From the NCBI GenBank assembly GCA_963822585.1, contig CAWGIE010000031.1, positions 256,001 through 320,000 of the forward strand: a stretch of DNA of 64,000 nucleotides, given 5' to 3'. The stretch comes from an uncultured bacterium (GTDB lineage Bacteria; Auribacterota; Erginobacteria; Erginobacterales; Erginobacteraceae). The notes under the pieces are model-generated. The model was not told the DNA's origin and searched no databases. It was given only the letters and a program-made list of their open reading frames with translations. Made by a program: the position numbers and the translations under genes. Positions 21,256 to 30,117 of the stretch are shown piece by piece. Positions within the stretch are counted from its first letter, which is position 1, and every line of letters starts with the position of its first letter.

Positions 21256-22145
21256 AACTCCGGGGAACGCTCCTCTGGATATGCCAGGAGATGATACGTT
21301 TCCCAGTTGTCGGGGATCATAACCGGACTCATCATTTTTTCTATATCGAAAAAGATATAGTCGTGATTATCCAGTTTTCGCCAGACGGCAGTTCCCAGCT
21401 CCGGTCTATGAATTTCGCATACGATTATCGGCCTGACTACTGACAACAACCGGGGCATCCCCTCCACAATTCTCTCTTCCTCCCCTTCAGTGTCGATCTT
21501 GATGACCGCCGGCGGCTGATGACCCTGGTTAAAAACAAACTCATCCAGGGAGAGAATTTTTACGCTTCGCAGCGAGGAATTGACTTCCCCCCCCCAGTCG
21601 GAATCAGGAGATGAATAAATCAGATGTCCCTGCGCTGACTCGCCTTGATTCCCAAATACACCCCTCCCCTTTTTATTTGAAAGAGCAACCGGATAAACCT
21701 CAATATTTTTCAACCCGTTGAGATCGATATGCTTCAAGATACGACTGTAATTTAGAGGATCCGGCTCGAAAGCAAAAACTCTTCCCGTCGGTCCGCAAAG
21801 CAGAGAGAAGAGAAGACTGAAATACCCGATATGGGCTCCGATATCGTACGCTACAGTGCCGGGGCTGACTACCTGCTGCAGACATGACTGGATACGGGGT
21901 TCATAGGTGGCCAGCCAATAATATTTCTCGTTATAAATATTAATCTCCAGCTTGAAATTTTTTAAAGGGCCGGCGGAGATGGTACGAATTTTGACGGTCT
22001 CCGGATCCAGAAGCCGGTTCAATACCTTCTGCAAACAAACATGCAGGAAGGGGATCCGGTAGAACTTGCCTCTCATTTTAGCGGGAATCAGTTCTATCAG
22101 CTTGGAAACTATTTTATCAATTGAACCGGGATTAAACATCCTCAT
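21252..22145 (-). CDS. FkbM family methyltransferase
   Basis: YEP, YDIGAHIGYFS, VFAFEP, LDE, IKIDTEGEE. Confidence 0.92.
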   Translation of the reverse strand: MRMFNPGSIDKIVSKLIELIPAKMRGKFYRIPFLHVCLQKVLNRLLDPETVKIRTISAGPLKNFKLEINIYNEKYYWLATYEPRIQSCLQQVVSPGTVAYDIGAHIGYFSLLFSLLCGPTGRVFAFEPDPLNYSRILKHIDLNGLKNIEVYPVALSNKKGRGVFGNQGESAQGHLIYSSPDSDWGGEVNSSLRSVKILSLDEFVFNQGHQPPAVIKIDTEGEEERIVEGMPRLLSVVRPIIVCEIHRPELGTAVWRKLDNHDYIFFDIEKMMSPVMIPDNWETYHLLAYPEERSPEL

Positions 22146-23656
22146 TAGTTTACCATTTCATCAGTTTCAATTTTCTTTACGGGAGAAATTGTGGTCAGGG
22201 AACAGGATGCCAGCATGAGAAAAAGCAGTGCGTTGGCTGGAATCTTAAGATTAAAGTTAACAATACTATGGAGAAGTATCCCGACAATAGCGGTTGAACT
22301 CCCCACTACGATACACCTTTTTGAAAAACTGAATTTTCCGCTGGAGGGTTGCCCCCGGCGTTCCATGCCGCGGCGCGATTTCAATAGGATTTTAAAAGGG
22401 AGAGCGTAGAAATATAAAATAATAATAAAAAGTACGCTGACTCCTCCCCATATACCCATTTCTGCCAGAAGCTGGATATAATCATTCTCCGCATGAGTAT
22501 AGAAATAGCGGCGGTTCGCGCTTGAGTAATACGGATAAATCTTGATGAAGCTATTCAGACCTGTTCCTAGCACTGGAAAATCCCTGAAGATATTCCAGCT
22601 GTCTCTCCATATGCCCAGTCGTCCCGCTGTGGAAGCACGGGGTTCTTTCAGCGTCATAAATTTATTGAACACCGGATTAAGATCAAAGTAAAGAATCACC
22701 AGCAATGTAAGTATTATCATAAGAATAACGAACCAGGTAATGATTCTTCGGTTGATCAGACGATAGTACCCGGCAAGAAAAATGAAATAAACCATGGAGC
22801 CGAGAAAAGAAATTATTCCTCCCCGGGAGAGAGAGAGTAACAGGGCTATCGCCATAATTACGGCTCCAAACCCGATCAGGAGAATACGGGGATCAGCTTC
22901 TAAAAGTAATTGTTTGAAACCGGCCGGTTTATTATTGACATTTACCAGGACAAGAGAAAGCAATGCCCCCAGCGCGAGCGGGAGAACCATCTGGATGTAG
23001 CCGGCAAAGTGGTTCCGGTTAACATAGGGGCCAAAAGAAGAGCCTGATTTTATCGCTCGCAATCCATATATCTTTCCCGGGCAGGAAAAGTGTTGAAGAA
23101 TTCCAGCCAACGAAATGATAAACCCTATGGTTATGATGATAATAATGAGGGAGGAGATAAAAGCCATCTTCGATTTACCCGGTGGCTGATAGAAGAATAT
23201 AACCGCTGCAATTGCTATCCATGAAAGCAGCTTGAGCAGCTCATTAAACGTTAATCCCGGATAACAGGACAGCGGACGCCAGGAAGAACCGGGGTCGGCG
23301 CCCGAGAGAAGCCAGAATTTATACGTAGCCGGGCTGATTGCCCTGACAATGGAAAGGGGCAGCGGCAGGAGTTGAAGGAGAATACCTGCAAAGAAAAAGC
23401 TCACCGCGAGAAAAAGGGGAACAAGACGAGGAATTTTGAAGACTGAGAGAAGTAATCGCCCGGAATATAATTTCCGGGTTATGTATCCGTATACTATAAA
23501 ACTGGTTAAGACAATACCGCTGATAATTTCGATCCCCGTATACGCCCAGTGTTCAGTAGAACCAAACAACAGAGGAGAAGCAATGATTATTAAAATAATC
23601 CCATTTTCAATAATCCTGCTGCTGATCCGCGCACTTAATTGATAATCCAATTTCAT
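22145..23656 (-). CDS. O-antigen ligase family protein (WaaL / O-oligosaccharyltransferase-like)
   Basis: Multi-TM; GPYVNRNHFAGY, SLSRGG, GRLGIWRD, GTGLNSF, HAENDYIQLLAEMG, HSIVNFNL.IPAN. Confidence 0.9.
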   Translation of the reverse strand: MKLDYQLSARISSRIIENGIILIIIASPLLFGSTEHWAYTGIEIISGIVLTSFIVYGYITRKLYSGRLLLSVFKIPRLVPLFLAVSFFFAGILLQLLPLPLSIVRAISPATYKFWLLSGADPGSSWRPLSCYPGLTFNELLKLLSWIAIAAVIFFYQPPGKSKMAFISSLIIIIITIGFIISLAGILQHFSCPGKIYGLRAIKSGSSFGPYVNRNHFAGYIQMVLPLALGALLSLVLVNVNNKPAGFKQLLLEADPRILLIGFGAVIMAIALLLSLSRGGIISFLGSMVYFIFLAGYYRLINRRIITWFVILMIILTLLVILYFDLNPVFNKFMTLKEPRASTAGRLGIWRDSWNIFRDFPVLGTGLNSFIKIYPYYSSANRRYFYTHAENDYIQLLAEMGIWGGVSVLFIIILYFYALPFKILLKSRRGMERRGQPSSGKFSFSKRCIVVGSSTAIVGILLHSIVNFNLKIPANALLFLMLASCSLTTISPVKKIETDEMVN

Positions 23657-23768
23657 TTAACCTATACTACAATTACTTTTCCTCCGCTGCCATGGAATTT
23701 TGGATAGGATAATCTTGATCGAACAGAGAATTTTCCCCGGTTGATGGAAGTTTTAACGGTGCCGTAAC

Positions 23769-23798
23769 AAAAAAAATAGCGACTCCGGGGAGAGTCGC
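23769..23798 (-). terminator. Probable intrinsic terminator of the 861-aa surface protein gene
   Basis: gcgactc-cgggga-gagtcgc hairpin with A8 run on + (U-tract on -) about 50 nt after the stop. Confidence 0.6.
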
Positions 23799-23845
23799 AT
23801 CATTAGACAGTCTGAATACTTATGGCTCTTACTGGCCGCGTCCGG

Positions 23846-26431
23846 TCACCTGGCTACCGGGATATCCCCCCCTGAACCATAATACAGCCGGGTGATGCCT
23901 TTAATCGCCCACAAACCCGAACTCGCCCGGAAGATGGCGATACCGTCGGTCCCGGTACCGTCATAATCTCCCTGTACAGGATGATCGGGAGAGTGACCGT
24001 AGTAGGCCCGGGTCACCCTCCTGATTGCCCATAGCCCCGAGGCCGACCGGTAGATACCCGGATTCCATTTCCCGTCTCCATCGTAATCTCCCGGGACCGC
24101 CTGATCGTCGCTACCGCCAAAATACAAACGGGTTAATCCGCGGAGTGCCCACATCCCCGAAGCGGGGCGATATATGCCTACTAATGCGGTCCCTCCTTCA
24201 TCGTAATAACCAGGTACCGGCTCGTCATTCCCGCCTCCAAAATAAATTCGGGTGATTCCCTTCAGCGCCCAGAGCCCGGAAACAGATCGGTAAATCGCCT
24301 GATCGCTGCTGCCGTCACCATCGTAATCCCCGGAGACGGGTTCATCAATGGAGGCCCCGAAATAATTCCTGGTAAAACCCCGGATCGCCCACAATCCTGA
24401 ATGAGGCCGGAAAATCGCTATCTCGGACGTACCGTCACCATTATAGTCTCCGGGGGCCAGGCTGTCACCGGCTGAACCGAAGTAAGCACGGTAGCTTCCC
24501 CGGATCGCCCATAATCCCGAACTCTCGCGGAAGATCGCGATATCCGAGGTCCCGTCGCCGTTGAAATCGAGGATGGGGAGTAGGGAGTGGGGAGTAGAGA
24601 GTGGTGTTGGGGAAGAGGTGGCAGTCGGAGAGGGAGAAGGAGAAGGAGAAGGGGAAGGTGTGTTTATCGGCGACGGAGTCGATGTCGGGGTGATTGTCGG
24701 AGGAGGTGTCGAAGTGGGCGCCGGGGTCGAGCTGGGAGTCATAGTGGGCGGAGGGGTCTTATACCCTTCAGGAGTCGGGGTAATTGAAGGAGTCGGGGGA
24801 GGTGTCTTATAACCACCCGGTGTAGGTGTGGGTGTAAGCGATGGGGAAGGGGTCGGAGTTTGAGTGGGAGACGGGGTCGGCGGGGGTGTCGCGGTGGAGG
24901 TGGCCGTGGGGGAAGGAGTGAAGAAGGACAGGGCTACTAAAAAAGAATCATAGCTCCCGGCCAGACCGGGTTGATAAGAATTTCTGGTGGGAAAATCTCC
25001 CGACTGGGTGAGGCCAACAATATGGACCACGTTGTTTTCATTAACAGCAACTCCGCTTCCACAATCGTCAGAACTCCCCCCCAGGTAGCTGCCGTACCGA
25101 AGCAGAGAACCGCTGCTTGACAGCTTACCGATAAATGCATCTCCGTAACTTAAGCCCCCTCCACCATAAGCCCCCTGAAAAGCGTTCACGGTGGGGAAAT
25201 TGGATGATTTCGTATCACCACTGATGTAAACACTATCTTCCGCGTCCAGGGCGATGCAGCCTCTTCCGCCAATATATCCATTCTCATTCGCGCTTCCGCC
25301 TAAATAGGTGGAATAGATCAGATTTGATCCGGAAGACATAAATTTAGTCACGAAAGCGTCGTAACCTCCCGACAGGCTGGATTGATAGGGGTTCAAAGTG
25401 GGGAAGTCGGAGGAATCACTCCTTCCGGTCACATACGCACACCCGGATTCGTCCACTTCAATATCATGCCCCTCTTCCTCGCCGGATAGACCTCCCAGGT
25501 ACGTAGAGTAAACGAGGGAAGAACCAGCGGAAGAAAACTTGGTCACAAACGCGCTTTTCGTATCAGTCCCCTCTTCAAATCGCGCCTGGTAGGAATTTAT
25601 CGTAGGAAAATCCGGCGAAGTCGTCGCCCCGGCCAGATAAGCGTGGCTCCCTGAATCAACTGCCAGGCCATATGCAATATCGTAAATTGAGGCGCCCAGA
25701 TAGGTGGAATAAACCAGGTCCGAGCCGGAAGTAGTCAACTTGCAGAGAAACGCGTCGTTGCTGCCGCTGTGACTCGCCTGATAAGAATTTCTGGTAGGGA
25801 AATCGGAGGAGACGGTACTGCCGGTGACATAAGCGGAACATTCATCATCCACGGCGATATCATAAGCTATGTCATTATTCTTACTACCGCCTACGTAAGT
25901 GGAATAAACCAGGCCGGTTCCCGTTGATGTCAGTTTGCTGATAAAAACATCTAAAACCCCGGCCAGGCTGGCCTGATAAGGATTTTCCGTAGGGAAATTA
26001 TAGGAATCGGTGGCGCCACTGACATACACATATCCAAATGAATCGAGAACTATCCCCCCACTTTCTTCCCCTTTGCTTCCCCCCAGATAAGTGGAATAGA
26101 TAATTGAGGAACCGGTAGATGAAAATTTTGTCACAAAGACATCTCCCCACCCACCAGCATCGCCCCCGTAGATAGTCTGGTAAGCATCCCGGATGGGAAA
26201 ATCGTCTGACAGCGTAATTCCGGTAATATGAACACAGCCCTCGGAATCAACGGCTATCCCCCTGCCTTTATCTATATTGCTCCCTCCCAGGTATGTCCCG
26301 TACTCCATCTCCAGATTTGAAGCCCAGGCAATGGAAATATTCCACCAGCACCCCGCGGCCAATACCGCCAGCATCGGTATTACCCGACATATAGCCAGAG
26401 ATAGATTCGGTTTAAACCGGGGATTTTTCAT
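23846..26431 (-). CDS. Secreted surface protein: SBBP beta-propeller repeats + Pro/Thr linker + DYxGDG (FG-GAP/VCBS-like) C-terminal domain
   Basis: Signal-peptide-like N-terminus; repeated YSTYLGGS..D....IAVD....YV.G.T.S.DFP; TPTP linker; repeated [19 protein letters not shown]. Confidence 0.88.
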   Translation of the reverse strand: MKNPRFKPNLSLAICRVIPMLAVLAAGCWWNISIAWASNLEMEYGTYLGGSNIDKGRGIAVDSEGCVHITGITLSDDFPIRDAYQTIYGGDAGGWGDVFVTKFSSTGSSIIYSTYLGGSKGEESGGIVLDSFGYVYVSGATDSYNFPTENPYQASLAGVLDVFISKLTSTGTGLVYSTYVGGSKNNDIAYDIAVDDECSAYVTGSTVSSDFPTRNSYQASHSGSNDAFLCKLTTSGSDLVYSTYLGASIYDIAYGLAVDSGSHAYLAGATTSPDFPTINSYQARFEEGTDTKSAFVTKFSSAGSSLVYSTYLGGLSGEEEGHDIEVDESGCAYVTGRSDSSDFPTLNPYQSSLSGGYDAFVTKFMSSGSNLIYSTYLGGSANENGYIGGRGCIALDAEDSVYISGDTKSSNFPTVNAFQGAYGGGGLSYGDAFIGKLSSSGSLLRYGSYLGGSSDDCGSGVAVNENNVVHIVGLTQSGDFPTRNSYQPGLAGSYDSFLVALSFFTPSPTATSTATPPPTPSPTQTPTPSPSLTPTPTPGGYKTPPPTPSITPTPEGYKTPPPTMTPSSTPAPTSTPPPTITPTSTPSPINTPSPSPSPSPSPTATSSPTPLSTPHSLLPILDFNGDGTSDIAIFRESSGLWAIRGSYRAYFGSAGDSLAPGDYNGDGTSEIAIFRPHSGLWAIRGFTRNYFGASIDEPVSGDYDGDGSSDQAIYRSVSGLWALKGITRIYFGGGNDEPVPGYYDEGGTALVGIYRPASGMWALRGLTRLYFGGSDDQAVPGDYDGDGKWNPGIYRSASGLWAIRRVTRAYYGHSPDHPVQGDYDGTGTDGIAIFRASSGLWAIKGITRLYYGSGGDIPVAR

Positions 26432-26466
26432 GATTTATAGCCCCTGAATAACTTATTGCCACACAA

Positions 26467-26563
26467 TCGGTAAACCCGTTCTCTCGTAGCGGCAGCTTTC
26501 AGGCTGCCACACGATGGCGACCTGAAGGTCGCCGCTACGAGCATGGGGTGACGGGTTTACCGA
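26467..26563. repeat. Nested palindromic element: GTAG-type REP doublet (REPIN-like) inside 13-bp terminal inverted repeats
   Basis: tcggtaaacccgt (26467-79) / acgggtttaccga (26551-63); inner ctcgtagcggcagctttcaggctgcca / tggcgacctgaaggtcgccgctacgag. Confidence 0.75.
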
Positions 26564-26736
26564 ATGTTTACTTCCTGCTTCGGAATTTTCAGCCTGAGGT
26601 TGATGCGCCTCTGGCGCACAATACATTCGTGTAATTTCTCCCCCTCGAAGTTTAATCGGGGGCGTAATTCGTAGTTTTTTTTCTTTTGAATTAGCGAAGA
26701 TTCGCGGTTTAATTAGTTGCGGAGCTAAGCTCTAAT

Positions 26737-26781
26737 AAAAAATCGGGCTCACCCCTCGTTCAATCTGAGGGGTGAGCCCGA
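26737..26781 (-). terminator. Strong intrinsic terminator of the 457-aa gene
   Basis: 15-bp perfect stem tcgggctcacccctc / gaggggtgagcccga, followed on the - strand by T6, 20 nt after the stop. Confidence 0.85.
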
Positions 26782-26800
26782 CGTCTTTCGGGTTATGAGT

Positions 26801-28174
26801 TTAGTAGGACTGGCCTACCGCCGGGATATCTCCATCGTTCGCCGTCACTGAGAACGGTACTCCGCCATAGATAAACCAGGCGCCCTGACCGGGAGGTGAG
26901 GCCCAGGTCCGGAAGATACCGATCTCGGCAGTCAGCGGAGGAGCAATGAAGTTTCCGATTACCGGAAGATCCGTCTGGGAACCCCATCCCCACGTGTACT
27001 TGGCGATACCCTTGACAAACCAGATCGCGGTCGAGGTCGGACGAGGCCAGAAGATGCCAAAGTCCGTAGTCCCGTCGCCATCAGCATCAAGAGGCACCGG
27101 TATGGACCCACTTACTCCATAAGCGCTCCGGATTCCGCCGTTGACATACCACGTGTTGTTTGATTGCCTCCAGACTGCTATGTCAGCGGCCCCGTCACCA
27201 TTATAATCGCCGGGCACCGGAATATCACCTTTGGCGGTCTCGCCCCAGGCGATATTGGATCCGCCCTCCACCTGCCAGGTCCCGATTCCGTCGGCAACGT
27301 GCCAGACCGCGTAATCGGTGGTTCCGTCGCCATCATAATCACCGGGTACCGGCCAATCGCCCAGGGTACCCCAGGGGTGGTCGATAGCTATAGTGCCTGG
27401 GCCGATACCGTCCAGAATGTTCCACAATCCGCTTGCCCTGTTAAAAATAGCTATGTCGGCAACTCCGTCACCATTATAATCTCCACTGGCGGGAACATCA
27501 TTGACATCGCCGCCCCAGACCACTCCCTCGGTAATTCCATCGATATACCAGCCCCCGGTAGAGGGACGGTAAAGAGCGTAATCAGTGTATCCATCGCCAT
27601 CATAATCATCCGCGTCAATTACCAGATGAGCCGGTGTCGGCTGGGTGAGGTTCGGCGTGGGGGTGGGAGTAGGTATTGGCGGGGTTACGGCACCCGCGAT
27701 GACTACGTCGTCAATAACCATATTTACCGCATTCTTGCCATATTTGAAGCGCAGCATTGAGCTGCTGGGATTTACCGCCAAAGGTCCATACGTTACTGCG
27801 GTACTGGGGATGTTATAGATAATTGTCAGCTGCGACCAGGCCGCACCGACATACTCTTGAACGAAAAGATTACTGCTCGGGTTAGAGGCTAAACTCCTGA
27901 CCCAGAAAGATAGTGTCGTCGGCCCACTAAGCGGGGTCGTGAATATATCATCCTGGGAGCTGTCAAGCAGGATTGAAGGTGAAGCAACGCCAAAGTAACC
28001 GGCGACAGTATAGGCGTCACTATTTTGGTTGCAGTTCCGAAAGATCCAGCCGGCTGGCCGTACGCCGTTCTGGAAATTATCGAAACCTTCATTAATTCCG
28101 GCGGCGCCGGACCATTGCACGACGCCGAAAGTCATTGCCATTACTATTACCAAAATAGTTACCGCATACTTCAT
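26801..28174 (-). CDS. Secreted surface protein: EGFD..G.RP.GW domain + PT linker + DYDGDG-repeat C-terminal domain (candidate major surface/S-layer-type protein)
   Basis: MKYAVTILV... signal peptide; AGGAGG SD; same N- and C-terminal modules as the 2587-aa protein; ends PAVGQSY. Confidence 0.85.
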   Translation of the reverse strand: MKYAVTILVIVMAMTFGVVQWSGAAGINEGFDNFQNGVRPAGWIFRNCNQNSDAYTVAGYFGVASPSILLDSSQDDIFTTPLSGPTTLSFWVRSLASNPSSNLFVQEYVGAAWSQLTIIYNIPSTAVTYGPLAVNPSSSMLRFKYGKNAVNMVIDDVVIAGAVTPPIPTPTPTPNLTQPTPAHLVIDADDYDGDGYTDYALYRPSTGGWYIDGITEGVVWGGDVNDVPASGDYNGDGVADIAIFNRASGLWNILDGIGPGTIAIDHPWGTLGDWPVPGDYDGDGTTDYAVWHVADGIGTWQVEGGSNIAWGETAKGDIPVPGDYNGDGAADIAVWRQSNNTWYVNGGIRSAYGVSGSIPVPLDADGDGTTDFGIFWPRPTSTAIWFVKGIAKYTWGWGSQTDLPVIGNFIAPPLTAEIGIFRTWASPPGQGAWFIYGGVPFSVTANDGDIPAVGQSY

Positions 28175-28236
28175 AACTTGCCTCCTTTCCGAGACAGGGG
28201 TTGAAAGAACAAAACTACATAATATACCTTGAAGCC

Positions 28237-28307
28237 ATTAAACTGAACTTGTCTTTGCATGTCAAGAGAAAAATCAAAAAAAATTTAAAAAATTTAAAAA
28301 ATTTTTG
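28237..28307 (-). promoter_or_regulatory. Sigma70-type promoter with AT-rich UP-like tract for the 457-aa gene
   Basis: TTGACA (28265-60)-N17-TTTAAT (28242-37); phased A/T tracts immediately upstream (28269-28307). Confidence 0.75.
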
Positions 28308-28360
28308 GAGTAAAAAACCGGGAAAAGATATTCGGAATCCATCACAATTAACTTTCCCTG

Positions 28361-28388
28361 TTGCGAGATTATATTCGAGTGTTATAGT
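28361..28388 (+). promoter_or_regulatory. Possible divergent promoter for the methyltransferase/GT-C operon
   Basis: TTGCGA-N16-TATAGT with TGn extended -10. Confidence 0.45.
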
Positions 28389-28438
28389 AACCGTTCGCTG
28401 AATCAAAGAGAATTTTTGCTGAGCCCTCAGGGGCGGAT

Positions 28439-29368
28439 ATGCAGTACCATTGCCCATACTTCGATAAACGGAACTGTTCCCGTTACTGCCTGAACTCGAT
28501 CCTCTATGAGAACCAGGAAAGATCAGTGGCATTGGGAAGGTGCCGGGAGTTTTATGACTCATATGTCCTCTTCTCCTCCCCTCCCTCGGAGGGATTAAAA
28601 AATTATTACGATAAAGATAGATTGAAGGAATACTGTGCTTACTATGAGCCTTTCCGGAAGAGAAGGTTTGTCGAGTTGTTACAACTGGGATCCATGAAGA
28701 ATTTTGCCGGCACCGCCGCCCTCGATATCGGCTGCGGCTTCGGATGGTTTCTGGAGACTTTGCAACAAAGGGGGTGGCCACGGCTGGTCGGTATAGACTA
28801 TTCTCTGGCCGGTCGGTTGGCGAAGGAGAAGGGGTTCGAGATCATCATCAAGAAGTTCAGCCCGTCACTCCAGCTGGGAGAGCGATTCGACCTCATCATT
28901 CTCTCCAATGTCCTAGAACATCTCTGGCACCCTCTGGATTGCTTGCGCTGGATCAAAAACCACCTCCACCCGGAAGGAGGGCGTCTGTTACTTACTGTCC
29001 CGATTGCGGATGGAATAATTATGCGGCTGTCTCACCTTTTCATTCGCACCTTTCCCCGTCGGGCAGACGCGACGGTCAGGGATATATATCAGACGGAAAG
29101 TACTATGGGGCACCTGGTTCTGTATAGCACGGCCGGGGTTATTAAACTCTGTCAGATGGCTGGTTTCGCAGTTATCGAGCGGGATATAAGCCCGATTGTT
29201 GATGCCCGGAATATCAAGAAAAGGATGCTGATCGAGATGGATCGACTGACGGCAAAGGATCACCTCCGGGCGTGGCTCTTGAAATGGCTGTTGCGATTCG
29301 CCGACCGGGGTGAGTGGGGAGATGAACTTACCCTCGTTTTAACTCCCGGAGGGGAAAAGAAAAGATGA
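28439..29368 (+). CDS. Class I SAM-dependent methyltransferase
   Basis: ALDIGCGFGWFL, GIDYS, FDLIILSNVLEHL, GGRLLLTVP, HL..YS. Confidence 0.88.
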   Translation: MQYHCPYFDKRNCSRYCLNSILYENQERSVALGRCREFYDSYVLFSSPPSEGLKNYYDKDRLKEYCAYYEPFRKRRFVELLQLGSMKNFAGTAALDIGCGFGWFLETLQQRGWPRLVGIDYSLAGRLAKEKGFEIIIKKFSPSLQLGERFDLIILSNVLEHLWHPLDCLRWIKNHLHPEGGRLLLTVPIADGIIMRLSHLFIRTFPRRADATVRDIYQTESTMGHLVLYSTAGVIKLCQMAGFAVIERDISPIVDARNIKKRMLIEMDRLTAKDHLRAWLLKWLLRFADRGEWGDELTLVLTPGGEKKR

Positions 29369-30117
29369 GGGGAAGACAGGATATCCGGGCGGAAAGGGAA
29401 TTTTTTGATTCCCGGATGGAAAATTTCGAACCTTTCGACTGGTCGGCGAAGGAGTTGCTTTATTCCTGGTTGCTCCGGGAAGGGCGTTTGAGACCGGAGA
29501 ATACTATCCTGGATCTGGCGGCGGGGAGCGGAAATTTTACCAAAATCCTCCTTCACCACGGCCACCGGGTTATCGGGTTCGACCTTGCTTTTAATTTGAT
29601 CAAGACCCTGCGGAACCGATTCGGACTCCGGCAGGTCTTCGTCGGGAGGGCGGAGCAGATGGCGTTAGCGGCCGGATCCTTTGACCTGGTTACGATGTGC
29701 GGGGTTCTCCATCATTTTCCGGATATGCTCCCTCTGCTCAGAGAGATCTCCCGCGTGTTAAAACCCGGGGGGGGTCTCTTTGCGATCGAGCCCAACCTCC
29801 ATAATCCATGGATGTTCCTCTTCCGTTCTTCCGCCAGCCCCTTTTATATCTCGGAAGGAGTAACCATGAACGAACGGCCCCTTTACCGGCGGGAAGTAAA
29901 GGCCGCCCTCTCTCAAATCTTTCCTTACTGTTCAGTAAAAGGGATCTGTGGGGTTACTCTTCTGAAGACGGGGACAGTTCTTGACCCTTTTATCACCGGA
30001 TTTAACTTCTATTCCCGCGTCATGGGGAAGCTCTTCGCTCAATCTCGTTATGGAGAGTTTTTGATCTGTACCGGCCGGAAGGAGGCAGTAAACCCTACTC
30101 CAGTTTCTCCGCTATGA
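29365..30117 (+). CDS. Class I SAM-dependent methyltransferase
   Basis: ILDLAAGSG, SFDLV..GVLHH, RVLKPGG..FAIEPN; ATGA overlap with the upstream gene. Confidence 0.9.
   Translation: MRGRQDIRAEREFFDSRMENFEPFDWSAKELLYSWLLREGRLRPENTILDLAAGSGNFTKILLHHGHRVIGFDLAFNLIKTLRNRFGLRQVFVGRAEQMALAAGSFDLVTMCGVLHHFPDMLPLLREISRVLKPGGGLFAIEPNLHNPWMFLFRSSASPFYISEGVTMNERPLYRREVKAALSQIFPYCSVKGICGVTLLKTGTVLDPFITGFNFYSRVMGKLFAQSRYGEFLICTGRKEAVNPTPVSPL

Noticed and set aside
28215..28781. 188-aa minus-strand ORF over the divergent promoter
   Set aside because: Overlaps the methyltransferase antisense and the promoter A/T tracts; composition is not protein-like
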